Shown in pieces: positions 11,335-23,373 of a stretch of DNA of 64,000 bases (position 1 is its first letter; every line of letters starts with the position of its first letter). The translations under genes and the position numbers were made by a program. Below the pieces are notes generated by a model. It had not been told where the DNA came from. It was given only the letters and a program-made list of their open reading frames with translations, and did not search any database. The DNA comes from Octopus bimaculoides (Eukaryota): the NCBI RefSeq assembly GCF_001194135.2, contig NC_068982.1, positions 183,161,725 through 183,225,724 of the forward strand. The letters run 5' to 3'.

Positions 11335-13099
11335 CACACACATACATACATACGCATATACATATACAACATATATACTACACAAGGATATACACACACT
11401 CAAGTACCCAAACAAAAACATACACAGAAAAACAGATCATATAAATACAGAGAAACATACTCAGACAGATGTGTGTGTGTCTGTGTGTGTGTGTGTGTGT
11501 CTGTGTGTGTGTGTGTCTACACATGCATATATTGAATTATAAGCAAGCACATACACAACATGCAAATACAGACACGCATACATATACACAGGTCAAAGCA
11601 TATACACATACCAATATACATACACACATGCAGACTAACACACAGCAAGCGCGTGGATACACATACACACACATATATACATATACACAAAACCATGATG
11701 TGTATGTGTATGTATGTATATATACACACACACACACACACGCGCGCGCGCGTGCACTGCCATATTTGGTGAGGAGATGGGTGTCACTGAAGAAGCGGAA
11801 CGGATTCAATGAATTCTCCAAGATCAGTTGAAAGACATTCCCAGCTTTTTGCAGCAAGTCATTCTGGCAACGTTCCAGAGAACGAAGCAGGAATAACACT
11901 CTTTTACTATAGATTACAATACTAATCACCGTTTCCACAGAGCACAACACACAGCTTTGCTTGTTACTGGTCAATAGAGGAGCTGAGCCCTAAATAAAGA
12001 TTTTTAGGGCTCTTTGTTACAGCCCCTGCTGTTGCTGTTGCTGTTAGTCTTGGTTGACAGCATTGGATTGTGAGAGACAGGGGCAGGGTTAGATGGGACA
12101 TCTGACTGCATGAATGGTTGAACACAAGAGTGGCAAAGCAGGAAGGTAGAAAGCATGAGAGAGAATGAGGGAGAAACAATAGAAAGGATGAAGCTGGGTC
12201 AGAATGAATGGTGGTGGGAGGTTCTGCAGGAGGAGCAGAATGGTGAGGTATCAGGTCCCATAGCAACAGGAAGGTTAGGAATGTAATTCATCAAGACAGA
12301 AATGATGAGTTGTGATTTTTTTTTTTTTGAAGTGGGGGAAACCCCAGACACCCCAGACATCCCAGACACAGATGGTGGGAGAGGAGGGTTGAATGGTTGC
12401 ATGAGTGGGAGTAGGGAGTGAGATGGAAGAATAAAAAGGGAACATGGAACATGATAAATTGTTGATTTTCCTCTCAGGAATTGAACCAGATCACAGTACT
12501 ATACAGTAGGACACGGTGAAGGGGTGAGAGAGAGAGGAATTCCATTGCAACAGGGCTTTGGAATTGGTAAATGATGGCACCAGTTCATAGTTTCAATGCT
12601 GAGATTTTCAATTGGAAGGAGATAAAAAGAAGAAGAGGAGGAAGAGTGGTAATTAAATTTTGTTTTATTGATTTATGTTTTGATTTGTTGGTATTTAATT
12701 AAGTAGTTTATTTTATGTTTACAATTTGTAATTTTAAAATTTGCAATTAGTATTTATTACATCAAGGTCTCAAGCGTGTAGATTGTGTATATAAATTAGA
12801 AAGTTTGTGTGTAATAAACAAGTGATTCATGTATATTTATAAGTATCCACATTCTTGAGAACTTCAAATGACATTTTCTCCAATCATGTCTACATACTTG
12901 CATACACACACATGGCCTTCTAAACACACACAAATTTAAATGAATATGTATTTATACGAATGAATTTATATCCACGAGGGTGCACACATATATATATATA
13001 TGCATGTATCATTGAGTGGCTGTATGTATATATAAGTGTGTGTGTGTGTGTGTGTAAATATTTGTGTGCTGTGCATTTGTATGTGTGTAAATATCATGT

Positions 13100-13315
13100 A
13101 AAAAGCACCATTCGAGCAAGGTCGACAGCAGTGCTGCCTGACTGGCCCCCATGCCAGTGGCATGTAAAAAGCACCCACTACTCTCTCAGAGTGATTGGTG
13201 TTAGGAAGGTCATCCAGATGTAGAAACCTTACTAGATCAGATAATCAAACCATCCAACCCATGCCAGCATGGAAAGTAGATGTTAAACAACTACAACGAT
13301 GATGCTGATGATGAT
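13100..13315 (+). mobile_element. RTE-type 3' tail element
   Basis: AAAAGCACCCACTAC...GGAAGG...CCAACCCATGCCAGCATGGAAAG...GATGTTAAAC(GAT)n. Confidence 0.75.
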
Positions 13316-13340
13316 ATATATATATATATACATATGTAAG

Positions 13341-13372
<32 letters not shown>

Positions 13373-13598
13373 AACATACAAATGTACAAGCACACAAATT
13401 TATATACACACATATGCATACACACACATACACTATATATACATAGACAGCCACACACTGATACATGCACATTCATATGTGTGCACCATATACATATATA
13501 CATACATATATGTATACATATGTATATATATATGAACATATACATCTAGGTATGTTTGTGTATGCACAGATATTCAGCTGTACTTAACATATTCTTAC

Positions 13599-13709
13599 CT
13601 TGATGCTGTTTATAGGAGAACTTGTTCCTGCCAGATTTACGAAGACCCATATTCCGAAAGAGTTTCCCTAATGCTGTTGTTTTCTTCTTGCTCTCAACCA
13701 AATCCTTCT
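13599..13709 (-). CDS. SASH1: Internal coding exon (111 nt, phase 1 to 1) of the same SASH1-like gene; encodes (E)KDLVESKKKTTALGKLFRNMGLRKSGRNKFSYKQHQ(G)
   Basis: Acceptor tgtttttgcag|AG and donor CAAG|gtaaga. The frame is open and joins exon 1589-1692 in frame (G+GT=Gly). The basic KKK...FR pattern parallels the SASH1 stretch DWKKKNKYFWQNFRK just before the EITM block. Confidence 0.8.
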
Positions 13710-13999
13710 CTGCAAAAACAATAATAATAACCCCAGTGTCACTTTGATGGCATACGCTGCTCTCTCACTCAATAACAGTAATAATAAATAATAATAATAA
13801 TAATAATAACAACAATAACTGTATTGTTTATTTGCCAGAAAGATAATAGAAGGATGGAACATCACAAGGAAAAGAAATTACAGAAATATCAATAGAAGAG
13901 GTTTATATAGAAATCATAAGAAAAAGAAAAACAGGTATGGAAAAAAATGGCATGAAAGGTATGTAATGAGACATCCCACTTAGCTGGAGACAATTATCT

Positions 14000-14480
14000 G
14001 ATTGAAGGTGGGGACACAATCAAGGAACTCCTCAGATTCGGGATTACTAGAACTGCCAAACAGTAAATGCCCTCTCCTCACTGGGTACTCCAGCCAACAG
14101 ATACATGCTCATATGAAACACCATTCACTCAGGCCTTGTTCACTGCCCTCACTCATCTTTCAGCAAATTTGCTGGAGTGTAGCACCTCTCCTTTCTAGCC
14201 TCACTTTCCTCTCCAGTTGGAGACTGAAGAAGCTGATGATGAAGGTTTGGCCGAAGGTGTCAGTTTTTAGTCCTTTCGGTTCTATCCATGATACAATCAC
14301 TTTTGCCATTGCCACCAGAGAGTAGGAAATTACTTGCTCTTCTTGACCAAAGAAAGGTGGTGGGCTCTTAGCCAGATCCATCCTGCACTGAACAGAGTGT
14401 TTGAAGAACAGTTTTGTCTCTTGAACACATAATGGGGCAAACCTGGCTAACTACATTACCACCCCTGGAGGGGTTATCAT
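14000..14480 (-). mobile_element. Degenerate Tx1/L1-type LINE 3' fragment
   Basis: Minus frame SLVAMAKVIVSWIEPKGLKTDTFGQTFIISFFSLQLERKVRLERR resembles the C-terminus of mollusc Tx1-like ORF2 (recalled). A related remnant lies at 40930-41230. Confidence 0.5.
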
Positions 14481-14569
14481 GAGCTGAGAATGTTACCCCA
14501 GTTATAACAACAACAACAGCAATAATAATAATAATAATAATGATGATGATGATGATGATGATAATAATA

Positions 14570-14765
14570 ATGGTTTCAAATTTTGCCACAAGGGCAGCAA
14601 TTTTGAGGGAGGAGATGAGTCAATAAGACTGACCCCAGTATGCAACAACTGGTACTTAATTTATCGACCCCGAAGGTATGAAAGGCAAAGTCGACCTCGG
14701 CAGAATTTGAATGCAGAACATAGCAACAGGCGTGCTAACAATTCTGCCAGCTCACCACCTTATAA
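14570..14765 (-). mobile_element. SINE family B (GCTGGCAGAA...GTCGACTTTGCCTTTCAT...GTCGATAAATTAAGTACCAG)
   Basis: Reverse complement of the copy at 31020-31240. Confidence 0.8.
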
Positions 14766-14776
14766 TGATAATAATG

Positions 14777-14811
<35 letters not shown>

Positions 14812-15713
14812 TAAGCAGAAGTCTACAGATTTTTAAAGAAGAATGAATTAACCTAATATACAACTAGTACTTATTTTTTCTATAATGGTGATGGTGAATG
14901 TGATGGTGCTGGTGCTGATGGTTGTGATAAAGGTAATGATAATGGTGGAGGTAGTGGAGGTGGTTATGATAAAGGTTGTGATGGTGATGGTGATGGTGAT
15001 GGTGGTGGTGGTGGTGGTGGTGGTGGTGGTGGTGATGGTAGAGGTGGCTCAGTGATGACGCTGGTAGTGATGATGATGGTGCAGTTATTTTTATTGATTT
15101 TGATCAAGTAGACCTATGATTTAATATAATATCTTCCAGATGGCACTCTCCTGTCCTTTACACAGGCACAATGTATCTAGGAATACATTATCCAATATGT
15201 CATTGGTTTATTAAGACAACAGTGCAATCAATACGAGGAAGGCTTGGCTGCTATTTCTAAAAGATCAAATGACCATGCAGAGACTCTGCCATTGACCTGT
15301 TGCTGATAATGATGGTGGTGATGATGATGATGATGATAATGTGGAGGAGGAGGAGGAGGAGGAGGAGAAGGACATTTGTATAATGGACTTGGAAACCGAT
15401 TGTGGGGTGAGGTTAGCAACTGAGTGGTTGGAGTAGCAGACAAAATGAAATGTCGATGGGTCATTTAGTAGACAAGAGACAAAGGTCAATGGTTGCCACA
15501 TCAGCCAAAAGGAGAGGTCAATGGTTAGTGGTAGCAGACAAAAATGAGAAGTTAATGGTTCATATTTTGTGAGCAGCACTGTAGTATGTCTGGCTGGGGT
15601 TAACACTGTTAATCGCTCACCTAGCTATAAATTGAGTCCTATGAGCTGGTGGTATGTCATAACTGTCCACCTGGCCATACATAGTTACTACCAGGTGGTG
15701 TATCTCTCATCTA

Positions 15714-15835
15714 CAGGCAATGACACTGATAATGACATATTGACTTATAGCTGGAGTCCAATTCTTTCCATACCCAGGCAATGACACTGATAATGACATA
15801 TTGACTTATAGCTGGAGTCCAATTCTTTCCATACC
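15714..15835. repeat. Perfect 61-bp tandem duplication
   Basis: CAGGCAATGACACTGATAATG...CTTTCCATACC starts at 15714 and again at 15775. Confidence 0.95.
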
Positions 15836-16144
15836 CCCAAAATATCTACAGATCAATGCTGCACACCTTTATGGAAACTAAAGTGAAGTTTCATAAAGAC
15901 TATTATGGATTCTTGTGGTTTGTTAAAAAATTAGCAAGAACTCTTAGCTATGTAACAATTTTAGTTTACTAAATATCTGTTGAGTATGGTAGATATGGTA
16001 GATCCACTCCATCCTCTCCAAAATGTTGAACATCACACAACTTCTCATGTTAATCCTATATCTATAGCAGATAGAAAGGTTTATGCTGATCCCATATCTA
16101 TAACAGACAAAAGAGTTTCACACAATATAGGTTTCTCCTTTATA

Positions 16145-16397
16145 ATAAATAAATAAATGCGCCCTTTTAAAGTCTAGTCAGGCTCATGGGCCCAGTTTCA
16201 ATGGCTTATGTGTACCCCAGCTGGACGGGACGCCAGTCCATCGCAGTGTTACTCATTTTTGCAAGCTGAGTGGACTGGAACAACATGAAATGAAGTGTTT
16301 TGCTCAAGAACACAACGCGTCGCTCGGTCCAGGAATCGAAACCACAATCTTACGATCATGGTGCTGACACCTTAACCACTATGCCACGCGCCTCCAC
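16145..16397 (-). mobile_element. tRNA-derived SINE with CORE-like and V-domain-like segments
   Basis: Minus strand reads GTGGAGGCGCGTGGCATAGTGGTTAAGG...GGTTTCGATTCC, then TTCTTGAGCAAAACACTT and GCGATGGACTGGCGTCCCGTCCAG. A related copy lies at 22955-23258. Confidence 0.8.
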
Positions 16398-16869
16398 AGG
16401 TTTCCCATTTAGGATTAGAAGATACTTTCAAGTCTGTTCAGTCACTCATTCTTTTGTGATGGTGCTGATACAATGTCTCATCCCACCAAAAGGATCTGAC
16501 GAGTTGGGAAAATCATCCCTTACCAACACTGAAAACAAATTACTAACATATATGTTCATTGTCTATCTGTCTGTTTGTTCAACCACAACTTCGGCAGTTT
16601 TTGAGTCTCTGAACAAGCAAAGCTGTGTATCACTCTAGCCTTCAACCTTATTGAAGTTTCTCTCACTATAACCCCATACTAAGCACAAACAAAATACAAT
16701 CTTTCTTCTCCATAACTGCAACTCTCAAAATACATCTCTGTCCTCATTTTCCCTCCTGTACAAGTAACAGTTGACCATCACCCACATCAATCTCAGCAAT
16801 AGGGGAGTGCCACCAAAAGCCCATGGCATTGCCCTTCTCTTTTGGCCAAATGATATAAATTATAAAAAC

Positions 16870-17060
16870 AGGTCTGTCAAGCATGTTTGTCAAACATTAA
16901 ACATGATTCTGTTATTAAAATGTTTGTCAAACATTACAACTATATCAAACATGACAACATGCCAAAGAAGCATTCAATTTTCAAATAGTACAACTCTTTT
17001 AAACATGTTTGTCATTACAACTTCATCAAACATTACAATATGTTTGCCAGGCATTACAGG
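16870..17060. repeat. Degenerate minisatellite built on ATGTTTGTCAAACATTACAA
   Basis: About 4 recognisable copies plus partial units. Confidence 0.7.
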
Positions 17061-18430
17061 TTAGTCGGTGAACTACAATATTTCACATGGAGGTAACATG
17101 TCAATAAAACCATGGACATTAGCAGACTACTCATTGAATGTCACTAGGGTTTAATAGTATCACATGGTAGGCTAAACTAGATGTGTGAAGTGGAGAGCAT
17201 ACAGTGAGAACACAATATCAAATGGAGGTGTTGACTGTTCAAGGTGGAGACAACACGAAGGTCACAAAAAAAGTCAACAGTTTGGTCATTGTTTTACACT
17301 GTTTTGGTTGGTGTATTTTCTGGCCATCTTCCGGTGTTTCACATTGTATATGTGAGGATATCCACTTGTGTGCATCTGTAGAAAAGATTTGTGTGTTTGT
17401 GTAGTAAAAGGTTCTGTGCATGGGTTGTGAGTAACTGATTTATTTCTGTTTCTGTGTATACATGCCTGTACTATGTCGTGTAAGTGTATGTACGTATATG
17501 TCTGTGTGCATTTGTGTTAGAGTGTGTGTGCATGTGGGTGCATATATGCATGTGCTAGGTAGAAATGATATCCAAACCAAAGAGGCAATCAGAACCTGAA
17601 GACTGTTAAAAGATACACCAAGGGAACTGTTGTGTTTAAGTAACAGGAAACATGAAATAAATAAACTTTAAGAGTCTACCTCTACACAAAACTGAGAACT
17701 GTACTTGGAGACAAGTGGTTCAAGTTGGTCAGGGTGGGGAAATAAATCACAAAGTAAAAACTAAACTAGTCATGATGTAGGAATGGAAACAAACGACAAC
17801 AACAACTACAATAATGACAACAACAACAACATCAACCAAGAAAGAACAGGAGCACTAATTTGCATAATACATGACCACAGAGATAACAAAACAAAGTAAG
17901 GGGTGTCATAGAGAAGTGAAATACCCAACATCATACGAGGTTAGCCCAAATTCATAGGAACTCTACAAGAAAAGAAGATGACAGAAATAGCAACAAAAAC
18001 GAACATTTTAACAATAATTTGTAACTGGCTTTTAGACTTCTAGAATAAGGAAATTTACCAAAACATTTATTATAGTTTAAGTGTAACAGATTAACTAACA
18101 GACTGTGAAAACACAAGCAAAAAATAAACACAGTTTATATATATATATTTAGTAAAGTTCATGTATTTGATAAAATTGTAGGCAACGAAGAGTACAGAAT
18201 GAGAAATCATTATACAAATTTTCAAAATTTACCAAATTATTTTTGCCAATAGAGGTCGCTACTAGTTCTCAGGAGCATTGGTTTTATTTGTGTAAATAAA
18301 TGTGATTTTAGGTGAATAAAAAAAGGTTACTGCTAGCAAAGTCCCTGACCATAAACACTGTCTCAAAAATTCCTACTCGATCCATGCTAATGCAGAAAAG
18401 CAGACATGAAACAATGATTACACATGTGCA

Positions 18431-18499
<69 letters not shown>

Positions 18500-19203
18500 G
18501 CACATATACATATATATATATAGCTGTCTAAGAATCCATAGGTCTGAAAAAATATGCACTTGTAAATTTGTCAATAGAGTGGGTATATTAATCGAAGTGT
18601 ACAGTGTTATACATATATTATGGCCAACCGTACCAACTGGTTTCACACTAGGAGTTCAATAAAGTGTTAGGTAACATCCCGATTATGTAACCCTGTGCTC
18701 TTCAGAGATGGCAGTTATGGAATGAAATATGGCAACTGCTCTCACACTGCACACTTCAATTAATGTGTGTGTGTGTGTATGTGTGTGTGTGTGTGTGTGT
18801 ATGTGTGTGTGTATGTGCATGCGCGCATGTATGCGTGTACATGTGTGTGTGTGTGCGTGCATGTGTGTGTATAGGCTTGTCTTTATCAGCATCGGCATTC
18901 TTTTATCAACCAGACTGGAAATTCACCTCAGCTTTATCAAAGCACACATACATTTAGAATAACCTGGTCAGTTTTTTTTACACTCTCATACAGACATAAA
19001 AGATTTTGGTAAAAACTCAGCTGCCATCTGTATGTGGTTATTGATTTCAAAATTTGAAAGGTCTGAATTTAAGATCTGAGTTTTTATCAAATTTGCGACC
19101 CCAAATGAATAATGCCATATGCACTTATAAATAAAGGAAAATTATTAATTCCCACATTCATATTCTACCATGCTTCTTATCTCCATTCCTGAAAAATTCT
19201 TCT

Positions 19204-19380
19204 TTAACCCTTCGGCATTCAAATTATCTGTCAAATGTAATGCTTATTTATTTACATTGTTTGGAATTAATCAAGCATCATCTCGTATCTCTGAGATGTC
19301 AATGATGTTTACTTTTAGAATGACATAACAGGGTAGGTATAAGAGACCACATCTGGCTGCTTTATATGCGAACAGGTCAA
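19204..19380. mobile_element. Truncated piggyBac-type MITE (one end)
   Basis: TTAA followed by CCCTT at 19204-19212. No matching right end was found. Confidence 0.45.
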
Positions 19381-19987
19381 AGAAGCTGTTTTTCTTGTAA
19401 CTCATCTTTATTCCTCTTGCATGCTTCATACATTTTCAATTAAATTTTCTTATATCGTTGCCAGCATATCACTTTTTTTTCTTCTATCCATTTACAAACC
19501 TCTTCTGGACCATACTTTTCTACACACCATACATGCATCTTCTGCATCTATTTATGTTGCTTCTTTATTTTCATTTTTCAAATGCATATTCTAAACCACT
19601 CAAACTTTTCTTATCTCTTCTCACTGTCTATATAAATAGCAGAGTTGCTTTATGTTCTCAATTAACATTGAATTTCAATATCAAGACAAGCCAAACTTGT
19701 CATGATATTCAATTATTTCCTGAATGCTTTATGATATGTATTGGTTTCTTTCTTCTGTGGTCCATAACTTTCAGAAGGAAGTGAGAAACTCAGAGTAATG
19801 ATTCATGAGCTTTGAAGAGTCCAGTATTCAGTACTTACTTTTGTCTCTCTTTTTTGCCTTGTAGCAATTATACATATATATACGTACGTACGTGTGTGTG
19901 TGTGTGTGTACATACCATTGGCTGAAGATTAGCATCACACTTGAAACTCAGAGTACCAAGGAGTTTGAATCAAACTATTTTGATTTG

Positions 19988-20066
<79 letters not shown>

Positions 20067-20159
20067 TTCTTTTTCAGGAACAGCTTAATGTATTGGTGAA
20101 CAGTCAACAGCACTGGAGAGCATAAGGATTAAAGTTGTAGTTGAGAAAAAGTTAACTGA

Positions 20160-21185
20160 CATGGAGTACTGGAAGCCATCTGGATATTGGAAAAGAGTTA
20201 CCTCTATCATGATGATTCGCACTCGAGTATCAAAATGTCAATGTTATGACTGCTATTCAATGCTCTGTGAACACTGTAAAGTCTGTAAGATGTGATATGG
20301 AGAGCTATGCAATGAAGACTATGAAACCATGGCCAGCAGGAAGGGATACAGCAGATGTTCTGACTGTGTCTGCAAGCCAGAATTCATCCAAGAATTGCAA
20401 GACAAAGTGATGGAAGATCCAAGAAAGGGAATTTGGACTTTGGTGAGAGAGATGGGTAATGCTATTGACATCATGAAGCTGGCCTTAAAGGAGGACTCAT
20501 GCACGAGGTACAAGAAACAAATTCTGACAACCAAGGCCCAGAAGTACTGCTTGATGAAAAGCAAAGAGACTTTGAACAAGCTGAGGGATCCTGTGGAGTC
20601 AGAGATGACCCGGTTTTTCTCAGATGAAAAGAACTTCTGCTAGGATCACTTGTACAACACCCAGAACCGGTAACCTGCCTACTGCCTATGTCATGTCCCG
20701 TTGTATCATGAAAACCATTTTCCCCCACACTGTAATGTCACCTTAGTAAGGGTGATGTGATGCCACTTCAAATTTTTGAACAGAGCCTTAGGCTCAATTC
20801 AGACACCTTTGTGAAGCTACTGGAGACTGTGGTCAAACCCTGGATGGAAATGGTTGCCACTTGAAGGCCATATGTGTGACAGCAGGATTCAGCTCCTTGC
20901 CATGAGAGTCAGGAGCAGCTATCAGAGAATTTTCATGACTTTACCAGCCCCTGACTTCATCAGTTCCACTGATTATAATCCCATGGATTACAATGTACGG
21001 GGTGCAATTTCAAAAGACATCAACTGCTCTGCCTGCAACACAACAGTAAGGCCATGCTGGTGACCAAGATCAAGGAGGTGTTCAAAGATGTTTCCAGAGT
21101 CACAGTGAGGAATGCAGGAATGCATGCACCAGGTTCCAGAGCTGTCTTGAAGCCCTGATGAAGCAGAGAGTGGCTACATTGAGTG
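20160..21185 (+). pseudogene. Tc1/mariner-superfamily (maT/DD37D-like) transposase pseudogene
   Basis: Fragments CSDCVCKPEFIQELQDKVMEDP, FFSDEKNF, QQDSAP-like, DYNPMDY (SPDLNPLDY) and a terminal GYIE* occur in order, with stops and frameshifts. TIRs were not resolved. Confidence 0.85.
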
Positions 21186-21341
21186 AACAGTTGTCTCCCA
21201 GCCATAATCTAGTTGATATTTTTCGAATTTTAAAATACTTTTAATTTTGAGTGGAATACCATGTTTTCTCTTCCTTTCATGCTAACTGCCAAGTTTAGAC
21301 TTAACACTCTCCTCCCTCCCTCTCCCCCCCTCTCTCTCTCT

Positions 21342-21397
<56 letters not shown>

Positions 21398-21427
21398 CTG
21401 CAGCTACATGGCTGAAATGAGTACAAG

Positions 21428-21469
<42 letters not shown>

Positions 21470-22474
21470 ACTTAATGGTTCGGCAAAAGAGACTGATGGA
21501 ATAAGTACTAGGCTTACAAAGAATAAGTCCTAGGGTTGATTTTTTCAACTAAAGGCATTGCTCCAGCATGGCCAGAGTCAGATGACTAAAACAAGTGAAA
21601 CAGTGAAAGAGTAAAAGAGCATGTATGTATGTATGTATGTATGTATGTATGTATGTATATGTGTGTGTGTATGTATGAATGGTTTTGATTGACTATATTT
21701 TGTCCTAAAATATACATTAAGCTATGAATATGCTAATTTTGACAGTTGAGTACTGAGCTATTTTTAATATTGCTGTTATTTTCTGTGGAGATGATTCACA
21801 GAGAAAATTGTGCATATGAAAAAAATACAATCTACTTCTGGAATAGTCAGTTTTTCAAAATAATGCCAGCAATGAAATATAGCGTTGGATTTAAATTTTA
21901 TTAAAACATTTTAAAAACATATAGAAAGGGAAGTTTTAAAATTTGCTTTAGAATTTGTCATGCTTCTAAGAATGTCATTCACTAGTGTGTTCAATACAAT
22001 GGGAGTTAGATGAATGAGAGGTAAGTCTTTGAAAATTTGGCCATTCATGGCCAAACTGGAAACCAGTTGGGTATCATTCTTTGCTGTTGTTGTTCAGCTT
22101 TGGATTAACTTAGATCAAGCAGAGCTATGACCAAAGATATTTCTAACAATAACCATTCCGTCTGTTAATAATTGACTTCAAATTAAAAATGGTAGAGAAT
22201 GATTTGGTTACTATTTCTAGCAGGTTGAGCAACCTAGTAGAGACCTTGCTATTGCGTTTAGTGCTAGAATAGCTTGCTATGATGGAATTTCCATCACTTT
22301 TGATGACAAATAGTCGAATGTTTGATTAAGTAGATAGTGAGATTATGGTGGCTGATGTTCATCTTGAATACTTGAGATAAATGGCATTTATTTACAACAA
22401 TTCACGTAATATCAAGACAAGGAAATACAAAATGCTCATTCTCACACTTATACGTATACATTCAAATACACACA

Positions 22475-22920
22475 CATGGCCTCACGGAGGCAAAGTGGGA
22501 GAGTTCCTTTGGAGCATTGGGCCTCGTGAAGACAAAGTGGTTGAGTTCCTTTTGAGCATCGGTCCTCATGCAGGCAAAGTGGCTGAATTCCTTTTGAGTG
22601 TTGGGCCTCACACAGGCAATGAGCGAGACCTTTGGCATTATGTCATGCTTGAGAAGACTCGTCAAGCTGAGCAAAATCACAGTCATGACAGATACTGGTG
22701 TCACGCAAAATGGCACCCGTGCCAGCAGCACATAAAAGCACCCATTACACTCTCAGAGTGGTTGGCATCAGGAAGAGCATCCAGCCGTAGAAAACCATGC
22801 CAAATCAGACTGGAGTCTGGTGCAGCCTTCCAGCTTACCAGCCTTGGTCAAACCATCTAACCCATGTCAGCATGGACAATGGCTGTTAAATTATGATGAT
22901 AATGATGATGATGATGAAAA
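22475..22920 (+). mobile_element. RTE 3'UTR-type element with an internal 42-bp repeat (about 3.5 copies)
   Basis: GGCCTC...CAAAGTGG..GAGTTCCTTT.GAG units at about 22478-22615, followed by the standard RTE tail and (GAT)n. Confidence 0.75.
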
Positions 22921-22954
22921 ACACACACTCACACACACATACATATATACATAT

Positions 22955-23258
22955 CATGTAACCATGTGACTGACCAGCCTATCGGATGTTGTTATACATT
23001 GCTGGTCACAATGCACTTCGCATCGTTTTACCTTTCGAATGATGCCATCCCACTGGCAAGGCAAGTGGACTGATATTCCTCTTGATAAGAAAGCTAGACT
23101 GTTGCAGGAGTTATTCATTTACAGTTGAGTGGATTGGGATATGAAAAACAAAATTGTGTTTTGCTCAAGAACACAAAACACTGCCCAGTGCAGGAATTGA
23201 ACCCAGAATCTTGTGGTCATGATCATGAATGCAATACCCTAACCACTAGGCCACATGC
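22955..23258 (-). mobile_element. tRNA-derived SINE (same family as 16145-16397)
   Basis: TTTGCTCAAGAACACAA...GGAATTGAACCC...CCACTAGGCCAC on the plus strand. Confidence 0.7.
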
Positions 23259-23293
23259 CTTCTAACACACACACACACACACACATATATATA

Positions 23294-23373
<80 letters not shown>

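Noticed and set aside
10889-11347. 152-aa minus-strand ORF
   Set aside because: It begins and ends in microsatellites, has no splice signals, and the middle is unrecognised.
11760-12270. Possible LINE C-terminal remnant or exon
   Set aside because: Only vague similarity; neither a family nor splice sites could be assigned.
16524-16528. 5-nt microexon pattern (ttttcag|TGTTG|gtaagg, minus strand)
   Set aside because: The length is not a multiple of 3 between phase-1 exons and there is no supporting evidence; likely chance.
22381-22860. 159-aa ORF with 14-aa repeats
   Set aside because: It is a translation of the 42-bp repeats and tail of an RTE 3'UTR element.
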